Shown here piece after piece: positions 26,811-36,200 of a DNA stretch of 64,000 bases. Each line of letters opens with the position of its first letter. The stretch's first letter is position 1. The notes beneath the pieces were generated by a model. It had not been told where the DNA came from. It ran no database searches and was given only the letters and a program-made list of their open reading frames with translations. The stretch spans positions 2,603 to 66,602 of IMG/VR virus record IMGVR_UViG_3300033155_001835; one strand, written 5' to 3'. The DNA comes from a virus. A program made the position numbers and the translations under genes.

Positions 26811-27578
26811 ATGAGTAGAAGCCAAGTACAAACCAGTATTTACGATCTAGACTACTTCAGTGGCGCACAGATGTTTCTTTACATTGGAGATGTATGGGTG
26901 GACGAAGTAACTGGTCTCCAATATTCAACCAGTCAAGTAAAAACTCCTATCTATGGATATGCTTCACAACTATATGATGATTGTGCAGCTGGTCATGTTA
27001 TCACCCAAGGTAGCTTTAGTATCAACTTTAAAGAGGCAGGATACTTGTGGGCAGTGTTAAGGCGTTGGCACAATCTTGGAGCTAAAGCTGCGAATTTTCC
27101 CGTGGCTAAAGCTGACCAAAGATTGTTGGCTGGCAGAAACGCTAGTCTTGATAACAAACCTGTAGCAGGTCCTAATACACGTAAAGTAAAGAGAAGAAGT
27201 ATTGAAAGCATCACACAAGGTAATGCTACTAAGGGTGAGACTTACAAGTTTTACCAAAATCTAGCAGGCTATGCTACCACACAGGTTAAGAATCCTAGAG
27301 ACAGAGCTTTTGAAGATGTTGTTGAAGCATTTGAAGATCAGATTTGGGCTCCTAAAATTAGCAACAACACGCTCAACTCACAACTAAGACGTACTGACTC
27401 TAATGAGTTTGATGGTTTTGATATCTTTGTAGTCTTCGGCAACTATGCTACTCCAGGTGCAAACCACACTGTCCAAAAGATTACAGATGTTCGCTTGCAG
27501 TCCCAAAGTAAAATGATTAAAATTGACGGTGAACCTATTCAGGAGTCTTATAATTTCATCGCTCGATCAGTCGTCTAA
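26811..27578 (+). CDS. Tail tube paralog
   Basis: YFSGAQ, KTPIYGYAS, QGSFSINF, ESYNFIAR resemble the tube. Confidence 0.7.
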   Translation: MSRSQVQTSIYDLDYFSGAQMFLYIGDVWVDEVTGLQYSTSQVKTPIYGYASQLYDDCAAGHVITQGSFSINFKEAGYLWAVLRRWHNLGAKAANFPVAKADQRLLAGRNASLDNKPVAGPNTRKVKRRSIESITQGNATKGETYKFYQNLAGYATTQVKNPRDRAFEDVVEAFEDQIWAPKISNNTLNSQLRRTDSNEFDGFDIFVVFGNYATPGANHTVQKITDVRLQSQSKMIKIDGEPIQESYNFIARSVV

Positions 27579-27586
27579 GGTAATCT

Positions 27587-27928
27587 ATGGAAGTCCAACT
27601 CGCACATCTTCATATCAAAAGCAAAGGTCCCGATGGTGAAGCCCTTGACACAGTTTACATCCTAGAGAACATTACTATTACACAGTCAAGAGCAACTATG
27701 CCTGTCTATGAGATAGGCCTGGCCCAACCGCATCACATTGCACTGGGTAGATCAACAGCAGAGATCAAGGCAACAGGCTACCAGTTTCATCATGGTCCTG
27801 TTGATCCTAAAGCTACTATGCCCATTAGGTGCGTAGATTGTAATAGACCTGTGACTATCACTGGAGAGATACTTGATCCAGATTATGATGAGAACTTTAG
27901 TCACTTGGATAGTATCGAAATCGAATAG
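27587..27928 (+). CDS. Small protein with partial tube-like segment and CxxC
   Basis: ITITQSRATMPVYEIG..HIALGRS resembles tube ISYSITREKAPIYTMG..FSRGKR. Confidence 0.6.
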   Translation: MEVQLAHLHIKSKGPDGEALDTVYILENITITQSRATMPVYEIGLAQPHHIALGRSTAEIKATGYQFHHGPVDPKATMPIRCVDCNRPVTITGEILDPDYDENFSHLDSIEIE

Positions 27929-27937
27929 GAGTATATA

Positions 27938-28357
27938 ATGTCTGAACAAGAACAACAGGAACAACAAGAAGAGAAGAAGGAAGAGGAGCAGCCAGGACTA
28001 AAGGATCAAATGTTTGGTCTTGAGGGCTCTCCATCACCAGAACAGGTAGAAGCCTGGAAGGGCGAGTTTGGCGATGTTTATGTCTCAGGGTTCTCCCCCA
28101 CAGAAATATTTGTTTGGCGTTCTATCACACGTCCTGAATGGGTACAGCTACAAGAATTTGCTGGTGATCCAAAGAACCAGATAGACCAGTACAAGTTTGA
28201 AGAACTAGTGTGTGATACTTGCATTCTTTGGAAGTCTGTACAAGGTAGTTGGGATATTGGTAAGGCTGGTACTCCAAGCTCTCTTCAGGAACAGATTCTG
28301 CAGAACTCTAACTTTGTGTCTCCTCAGCATGCGAGTATGCTAGTTCAGAAGCTGTAA
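27938..28357 (+). CDS. Tail assembly chaperone
   Basis: Acidic 139-aa ORF; WK.EFGDVY, FVWRSITRPEW, ILQNSNF; lies between tube genes and tape-measure-position genes. Confidence 0.7.
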   Translation: MSEQEQQEQQEEKKEEEQPGLKDQMFGLEGSPSPEQVEAWKGEFGDVYVSGFSPTEIFVWRSITRPEWVQLQEFAGDPKNQIDQYKFEELVCDTCILWKSVQGSWDIGKAGTPSSLQEQILQNSNFVSPQHASMLVQKL

Positions 28358-29277
28358 TGAAACAGCTTTACGAAGTCCGAGAAAAACATGGCGGTGTCTT
28401 CGTGACCTGCTTCGATGACGGACTTCTTGTCCCATGGAAACCTCTATCTATGGGTGACTTTATTCGTTACACCCTTGACCACAATCGCAAGCTACATTTA
28501 CCTGTGTGGCTTGAGGATGAAATATTCCGCAAGTGTGTAGTGGATAAGTCTATTCTACGTCAGATGGACTTTCTGAAGGCAGGTGTAGTTTCAACTGTCG
28601 TGTTGAATATCTGGCAATACTCTGGCCCAGCGAGCATTGATGGTTTTAACAATGACCTTCATGCTGCAAGGTCAGTACTGAATGCAGATGGGGTGAAAGC
28701 AATCCATGATCTTGTACAAGTAATCTCAATGGCTTTTCCTTATAAGCCTGAAGAGATATATGACATGGACTATGAAACCTTTTTGTTTCGCCTTGCTCAA
28801 TCAGAAAAGAAGCTTATGGATTTGAATGCTCTCAAAGAGCCTATTGCTATGCAAAATACTAGCCAGCCTAATATGGCTCAGTCAGCTTTAGAAGAGTTTG
28901 CTCAGGAGCAAGCAATACGTCAGGGAGGAGCACCACCTGAACCTGCTGTGAATGCTAAACGTTTGTGGGATGAACAACAGGGTCATGGAGCTGCTGAAGA
29001 ATTATGGAAACAACACCTCAAGAAGGTTCAACGGGCTCCTAAGAAGAAGGTGCCTGTGCAACGAACAGATGAGAAGTGGTGGAAGAAGTCTCCTGTGTTA
29101 GAAGCAAAGGAGCGCCACAACATCGACTTCAATACAGAAGCGGCTGAAATGACTGCGTTTGGATCAACAGGACATGAAAAGCAAGACGCCTTTCTTGATC
29201 ATGCTAAGATGATAGAAGATGCTCAATGGATCTATGCAGATCTGATTAAGGAGCTTGAGAAGAAAAACGCCAGGTAG
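28357..29277 (+). CDS. Second tail assembly chaperone-like protein
   Basis: TAATG coupling; N-terminus resembles the preceding chaperone (HGGVFV..WKPLSMGDF..CVV..IWQYSG). Confidence 0.6.
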   Translation: MKQLYEVREKHGGVFVTCFDDGLLVPWKPLSMGDFIRYTLDHNRKLHLPVWLEDEIFRKCVVDKSILRQMDFLKAGVVSTVVLNIWQYSGPASIDGFNNDLHAARSVLNADGVKAIHDLVQVISMAFPYKPEEIYDMDYETFLFRLAQSEKKLMDLNALKEPIAMQNTSQPNMAQSALEEFAQEQAIRQGGAPPEPAVNAKRLWDEQQGHGAAEELWKQHLKKVQRAPKKKVPVQRTDEKWWKKSPVLEAKERHNIDFNTEAAEMTAFGSTGHEKQDAFLDHAKMIEDAQWIYADLIKELEKKNAR

Positions 29278-29287
29278 GTGCTAACCT

Positions 29288-32200
29288 TTGCCTATGTATC
29301 CATACACCCATAATATAGGTAACATGTCTTTTGAAGACATGAGGGCCGTCTCTACCCCCTCGTCTACTCCTTCATGGACTTCTGGTGCACAACCTGTACC
29401 TATCACAACAGCAGAACAAGCATGGGGCTGGACTAAGTTTGGTCTCGGTGTAGGTGCAATAGCTCTCCTCGGTAGATACCAAGTAACACCACAAAAGCGC
29501 GGCTTTGATTATATGCTCGGAGCTATTCGTGCAGTTGAAGAGTATTCCCCTGGCCGAGTTTTCCGTACATTTCAAGTAAGTCATATGATGTCAGCACTGG
29601 AGACACCTTCTCTCCAGATGCGCTATTTCTCTCCTGAGCACATCTCGACTTTACGTAAAACCGTTCCTGGGCGTGCTTGGTTAGAACATCTGTCTAAACT
29701 AACTGGACGTTCAATTACTGGTCAAGACATCATGGCCGAGGGCGTAGGTTTCCGTTATGAGGCAGGTCAACTACGCACAGGTCGTTATGGTGGAGAAACA
29801 CTTCTTCGTCACGCTGGTGTTATCCGTGCTCCTACTGGAGCAGGCGGTCGATTCCAAGAAGCGTATGCTCGTTCTTTATCAGGTGGCCCTCTTACTCGCG
29901 GTCTTGATGCACCTACTACTATGGGTGCTACTCGCTTCGAGACCCAGTTTGCTGATGACGCTTTTAGACAACGTATTAAATACAGAAATGCTGCTGGGGT
30001 ATTACAGCGTGAAGCCTTCATGTTTACTGGTGGACACACACGTATCCAGGCAGGAAAGCGTTTTGTCTCTGGTTACGGAACTGCCTTAGCAGAACGTATT
30101 AACCAGCTTGCAAGAGCACCTTTCGAGCTTCCTGGAATCTCTGCAGTGATGAAGAAGGTTCCAATTGTTAATCGACTGAAGTTCGGCGTTATCCCATCTA
30201 GTGGTCTAAGAACTGTAAGTAAGATTACAGCTAAGTTAGGTATCCTTGGTACGGCTACATACATGGCTTATAACGAGCTTGATTACCAAGCTCGTGAAGC
30301 AGAGGTTCTAGATGAAACAGTCCTAGGCGAAGGTATTTCAGCTGGTGTAGCAAAGTTGTGGACAGGAGTTCAAGTAGGCCTCTCTAGAGCTGCAGAGTGG
30401 ACTGGTGCACATTCTTACAAGGATTGGCAAGAAGACACTGCACCTGGTAGTACAGAACTATCTCGTCTCCTAGCTTTCCCTTTGATTGGCGCTGCTGCTG
30501 GCTTAACTGTTGGCTACTCTCAACGAGTACTTCGTCAACGTGCTCTTTCCAAAGCAGGTCTATCTCTTGGACAAGCTTCTGCTGCTGCTGGCGCACGTGA
30601 TGCTTTCTTCAAAACTTCTATCTATGGTGGCCAGGTCCCAGAAGAGATCATGGGCGCTCTGGACAAAAGGTCTATTGCGCTTGTTGAAGCAGAGACTGCC
30701 AAAAGAGCAGCAGGTTGGGAAGGCCGCTTTGTTAGCAAGATAGCTAAGACTCAACAGCGTAGAACTGCAATGGGTGCTCTTACGAGAGGCCTTGGCAAAG
30801 TTACACCTGGCAGGCTTCGTTGGCTACTCGGTGCAGCAGCTGGTGCTAGTCTCGTAGTACCTTTCCTCCCTGGTGCCATGGCTCCTAGTGAAAGACCAGA
30901 AGAGTTGGAGGCACTATATGGTGGTCAGAAGAGAGTAGCTATCCGAAAGGGTAGATGGTGGGAGTTTGGTAGAACACCATTTGAAGGTAAGCGTATTGAT
31001 AGATTCCAGCAGCATTGGTATCCAGCTATGTTAGCTAGAGCAAAAGAGAAGGCGATTTGGGGAGACGATGCACCTAGTCCACTAGAGCGTTGGTGGATTG
31101 AGAACATGACCTACGAGCTGGAGAAGAAGCATTACAAAGAGCGCCCTTATCCTATCACAGGTCAGGCCTTTGAAGATGTTCCGTTCATCGGACCTATCCT
31201 AAGCAACACCATTGGTCGTCTTGTTAAGCCCTCTATCCGTATGCACGAAGAAGAGTGGACACGCCAAGGAGAGGAAGGCGAAGAAGTAAAGCGTATGCCT
31301 CTCAAATATAATGAGACCACTTTACCAGGAGAAAAGACACCAGGCGCACCTGTGTCTCCTTACGACACTAAAGGCATGATGGGTGAGCAGATCTATCGCA
31401 TGACGGAAATGGTAGGTTTGCCTGGCTTCACCATGACCGCTATCAAAGAAGCTATCACAGGAAGATCAGATACCTTCGATCAGGAGCAACAGTTAGAATC
31501 AGCTGTAAGAATGTATGGAGCTGAGAGGGAGTATTGGGATAAAGAACTAGGTGGCGGCTTAGGTACTACTGAGCTTATTCGTCGTCTCTACCCTCACCGT
31601 AGGCGTCAAATAGATCTATACAATCCTATTCGTAACCAGATGCCTGCTTGGATGCCTGGCCCAGGCCAAAGAGCACCTGACTTTCTTCATGGTGATCCTT
31701 ACGTTAAGATTCCTGAGGGAGAGTCTAGACTTCCAGGCCCTGGTTATCAGGCTTTGCATCCAGAGTTAAAAGGGATCGGCCCTGATGACTATCCTGCAAT
31801 CCATCGTTTTGCTATCCTTGCTGACGTTGCTCCATACACAGATAAGTTCAGAGCATCTATTGGCCATGTCCGAGCAGCTATCAAACGTAAGCAGCTTACT
31901 GCTGAAGAGATCGCTTTGTATAAAGAAAGGATGGGAGAGGTATCAGCCCGCAAGGTACGTCGTCAATTTACTCCTTACAAATACAAGGAAAGAGCTAGCA
32001 CACCAATAGAGAAGATGCTTGCTGCTGCTAATAAGGATCAAGCTGCTGTAGGAGACCAGGTTGACCCTTCTTGGTTCCAACAAGCTGTAGGTACATACTG
32101 GGAGACTCTTACTCATAATGCTGATACACCTCTGGAAAGTCTTACACCAGTCTCACCTACTGCCAAGCTGGTTCACCAACGTACTGCTGTTGAGGACTAT

Positions 32201-33220
32201 GAAAAGTTTCAGGTATGGGGCACAGAGAATGCATTCTGGGGTCATCCAATCAGAGACTTCTTTGGACCTTTCTTTAATCAGACAGCACACAACGCAGGCT
32301 GGGAAGGTATCCCACAACATGTCGAAGAGCGTAGAGACTTGGAAGAGTATTTTGACATTCTAGAATACGTCAAGTACACACGCCTCAAGACCGCTGCTCG
32401 TGTGTCTGGTAATAGTCGAGCTGTAGCTGAGTACGAGGATAAGCGTAGAGAAACTTTGTTTGGTATCAATCCATACACTTTCAACTTCTCTCACATCTTT
32501 AGATCACTACCTCGCCGAGAGAGAGACTATTTTAATGCTTTCTCAGAGGCTGACATGGAAGAGCGTGTACAGATTATGAAGATGGTCCCTGAGAATGAGC
32601 AGGCTTTGCTTCTAGCTAGATGGCGTCTTAAAGACAACACAGATTTACAGAAAGCAATGAAGAAAGGCTTGTTGAGTGAAGAACAAGTAGAGAAAGCTGA
32701 CGCGATCCAGGAACAACTGTTCGAGGATAAGGGGACAGAAGGTTTTCCAAAGACTCAGGACCTGTGGGCAGAATACATTGCTACTCGACTACCTGAAGAG
32801 AGTTATCCCGATTGGTACAGACGTATGAAGCTGCTAGAAAAGAAACTAGATGGCAAACCTCTTCCAGGACCAGACTGGGTTGGTTGGCATCCTGCTGTTG
32901 ACTTAGATGACATAAAGCTCAAGATAGTGCAAAATGAAGGTGAAAACGCTTACGATTACGACTTGTGGCCTGACCGTATCAGAGCAGTAGCTCGAAGGCC
33001 AGTTATCACTGAGGCAGCCGAAGCACTAGATGAGGATGTAGGAGATGCATCAGACTTGCGTGCTCGTATCATAGATGTGCTTTCTGCTAACAACATTTCT
33101 GCATCGCATATTAGCTTAACCAGAGTTGTGGAGAATGGACAAACAGAGATCAATCTAGATCTTGCAGAAGATCGTCTTCAGTCTAATCGGGCTGACATTA
33201 GGAGGATGTTGAATGGCTAA
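29288..33220 (+). CDS. Large tape-measure-position / ejected protein (1310 aa)
   Basis: Follows the chaperones; several Gly/Ala hydrophobic helices; Trp/Pro-rich blocks. No classical TMP repeat seen. Confidence 0.55.
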   Translation: MPMYPYTHNIGNMSFEDMRAVSTPSSTPSWTSGAQPVPITTAEQAWGWTKFGLGVGAIALLGRYQVTPQKRGFDYMLGAIRAVEEYSPGRVFRTFQVSHMMSALETPSLQMRYFSPEHISTLRKTVPGRAWLEHLSKLTGRSITGQDIMAEGVGFRYEAGQLRTGRYGGETLLRHAGVIRAPTGAGGRFQEAYARSLSGGPLTRGLDAPTTMGATRFETQFADDAFRQRIKYRNAAGVLQREAFMFTGGHTRIQAGKRFVSGYGTALAERINQLARAPFELPGISAVMKKVPIVNRLKFGVIPSSGLRTVSKITAKLGILGTATYMAYNELDYQAREAEVLDETVLGEGISAGVAKLWTGVQVGLSRAAEWTGAHSYKDWQEDTAPGSTELSRLLAFPLIGAAAGLTVGYSQRVLRQRALSKAGLSLGQASAAAGARDAFFKTSIYGGQVPEEIMGALDKRSIALVEAETAKRAAGWEGRFVSKIAKTQQRRTAMGALTRGLGKVTPGRLRWLLGAAAGASLVVPFLPGAMAPSERPEELEALYGGQKRVAIRKGRWWEFGRTPFEGKRIDRFQQHWYPAMLARAKEKAIWGDDAPSPLERWWIENMTYELEKKHYKERPYPITGQAFEDVPFIGPILSNTIGRLVKPSIRMHEEEWTRQGEEGEEVKRMPLKYNETTLPGEKTPGAPVSPYDTKGMMGEQIYRMTEMVGLPGFTMTAIKEAITGRSDTFDQEQQLESAVRMYGAEREYWDKELGGGLGTTELIRRLYPHRRRQIDLYNPIRNQMPAWMPGPGQRAPDFLHGDPYVKIPEGESRLPGPGYQALHPELKGIGPDDYPAIHRFAILADVAPYTDKFRASIGHVRAAIKRKQLTAEEIALYKERMGEVSARKVRRQFTPYKYKERASTPIEKMLAAANKDQAAVGDQVDPSWFQQAVGTYWETLTHNADTPLESLTPVSPTAKLVHQRTAVEDYEKFQVWGTENAFWGHPIRDFFGPFFNQTAHNAGWEGIPQHVEERRDLEEYFDILEYVKYTRLKTAARVSGNSRAVAEYEDKRRETLFGINPYTFNFSHIFRSLPRRERDYFNAFSEADMEERVQIMKMVPENEQALLLARWRLKDNTDLQKAMKKGLLSEEQVEKADAIQEQLFEDKGTEGFPKTQDLWAEYIATRLPEESYPDWYRRMKLLEKKLDGKPLPGPDWVGWHPAVDLDDIKLKIVQNEGENAYDYDLWPDRIRAVARRPVITEAAEALDEDVGDASDLRARIIDVLSANNISASHISLTRVVENGQTEINLDLAEDRLQSNRADIRRMLNG

Positions 33221-36200
33221 CGAAGAAGGCAGTGGAGTTCTACAGAAAGCAGCTTTTATTGTTCCTACTGCTGTCGGGGTCAGAGCGTCTTATCTTTCAG
33301 CTAAGAACGCTGGCGCATTCTCCTCTTTTGGTCAACCTGTTGTCCCTATCCAGCAAGCTAATGCTGCTGTGCAAGAGTTTGCAAGTAAGTATCTAGCAGA
33401 CGATCCTGCCCTTACTCGTTCTATCAACAAGTGGCACCTTGATGCTATTCAAGATATGTCAACAGGTACAAAGCTTTCTGCAGATGAAGTACGTAGCTCT
33501 ATACTGCGAGCCTCTAGGCTTTCGGATCCCACGGGTGGTCTTACTAATTTCTTCCAAGCTCGTCTAGCTTATGGTGCTACTGGAGAAGAAGTACTATCTG
33601 ACTTAACACGTGCCCTTCGAGAGAACAATTCTATCTATGCTCAAAGAGCAACAAACATCTTTCTTGAAGATCTCAATGTGATGGAAGAGATGGTAGATAG
33701 AGGAGTGCCTACGCAGACCACTGCATTCACTGAACGTGTGAATCAAAGCAAAGTCAGAGTAAATGTAAGTTCTCTCGATGACATAATGAGGGCTGACATT
33801 GCACGTATCGAAGAGCTTACTGGTGCTAGTGTGAGTATAAAACAAGTCTCACGACCAGGTACCGTGCTTGGTGCCGAGCTGCACATGAAGCTTTCAGGTC
33901 TTACTTTCGCAGGTCAAGAAAAGCCAGGTTCACTTACTTTAAGAATCCCTCGGCCTCTGCCTGATCAGCCAGGTATGATTGTTAGGGGTACAACTCAGCA
34001 GTCACGCTACATCGCAGGTACTTACGGACTTGTTGATGAGGGAATGTTGATACAGTCATTTAACCATGAGCAGTGGAACCTTCGTAGAGCAGCAGAAGAT
34101 CTTATTCCATCCATGATGAGAGAGAAGAGGTTGACGCAGAGAGCAGCATGGGGAATGGTTGGTGAGTTCGAGAAGCGTATGATGGAAGCACCTGAATGGA
34201 TTCCTTCAATAGACCCAGGTGTGCATGCTGGTGTAGAAGAGTATGTGAATATGCGTTCTCAGGTCCAGCGTCTATGGGCTGTAGGAGATGAACCTAATAC
34301 TGTAAGGGCTCTTACAGAGTTTGAGTATGCTGGCTTAATGGAGCGGGGAGGAGTGAACCTTCCTGACGGCGGGCTTAAGCCTCTTTATCCTGGTCATTCT
34401 CCAGCACAAATAGCTAAGGGTGTAGCTTCAACAGTAGATGTGCGAGGAGCGCTATCAATGGTACCCGAGGCTGTTCCTTATGGTAGGCGTCCACTTCAGT
34501 TTCTCCGTTCTGGTTTTACTCCTACAGATGCAGCTTTGGAAGCTATAGAGTCTAGTAAGACACATCAGTATTTTAGCTGGGCAGCAGCAGATACAGGTAT
34601 TAGTGCTCCTATGATGAGAGCAGCTTATGTCTCTGCTGACCTTGACCCACGTCTTGCAGGTACTGGCGTAACTTCTGAAGGTCAGTTACTCATCTCTAAT
34701 CGCATGCGTGATCAGAGAGCTGTTAATCAGTGGCAACAGTTTGATGTAGCTTCAGACCAGTTACAAGAGTTAGGTGATCTTATCAAAGGTCAGACTGGTA
34801 GTAAATGGGATATCAATCAAACCCTCCCAGGTGGCACAGTATTAGGACGAGGGCCAGATGGACGACCTGTTGTACTTCCACAGGATATGCATATCAGTAC
34901 AGCTACAGCTTTTGCCAAGGATAAAGCTAAAGGCGACTTCATTCGCGTGATGGGGATGAAAGAAATAGAACGTATGCGTTATTCGAAGGTCTTTGGTGGT
35001 GCGAAGGGAATGGCGGTTTCTGTTCCTCAACAGTATATCGAAGATGTTTTGACTCAGCATGCTGGTATGGCTCAGTCCAGAGGTGATATTTTCAGTGGTA
35101 TCGACACTATTATCACGATGGATGAACTGAAAAAGAATCGGGGTCTGCATTACAACCAGATGTTTACATCCTTGTGGGATTTTAATCAACAGAACATGAA
35201 AAGTGGTATGGCAAAGGGTTCTAGGTTTGCTAAGACACCACAGGCCGTTATTGCTGAGATCAGACGTGCAGTCCTCGATGCTGACAAGTTCGATCACGAA
35301 AAAGCATTAGGTCGTATTATGGGACTCGCTAGAAAAGCTAATCTTACACCTCACCAAATGGGTCGTGTCTTTGGCGCTGTGCCAGATATCTTTGACGACC
35401 TTTCTGCTCTAGGTCCTCTTTCTGCTGCTGAAGCTGCAGAGATTAAGTCTGGAGTTGCTACAGGTGCGACTCAGCTTTACTTCGAGGGTCTAGGTGGTCC
35501 AGGAGCAGGACGTACTGCTACTATCGAACCACGTATGTTTGAACTCCTCGGCTCTCCTCATTTCGGTTCTGCTGGACTAGGTTTACAATCCGAAGTGGCA
35601 GAGCGCATGATTGCTACTTATCCAGAACGATTTATGGAGCAGAGAGAGATTACTAAGTCACTTCGTAGCGTTATGAAGCCTGGCAAGGGAACCCTCGGAG
35701 AAGCTGCTGGAGATTTACTTTTAAAGATGGATGAAGAGATTTTACCTCTTAAGTCAACTACCTTAGGTATCTCTGGTGTAGGCAACATCTACATTCCTGG
35801 TGCTGCAGAAGTATCACAACTTTCTGAGTATCAAACGGCTGCGGGCAAGGGCGTTCTTTCTCCTCTTGGACATTCCTATCGTGATGTTATTGAAACAGCA
35901 GCAGCATATGAATCTAAAGATGTAACAGCTGATGTTATGCAACGCAAGCTTGGGTCATTACAAAACGCTCTTGTTGGCGCACGTGTTGCTACTGTTACTG
36001 GCACAAAGGGTGCTTTACGCAATCGTCTTCCAGGTAGTGTTTTCCTAACAGCGGTCCAGCCTACTCTTACTGAGAAGCTTGCTCCGAACGTTGTAGGTAT
36101 CACAGCGCCTTATGCTGAGCAGGTTTTCACAGAAATGGAGAAGTTGAATCTCTATGATGACTTTGAGCTGAAGCGAATGAGACTTAAGTTCCTCAAAGGT

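Noticed and set aside
27938-29277. Programmed frameshift between tail chaperones (lambda G/GT type)
   Set aside because: No clear slippery heptamer near the first stop; the genes are joined by TAATG stop-start coupling.
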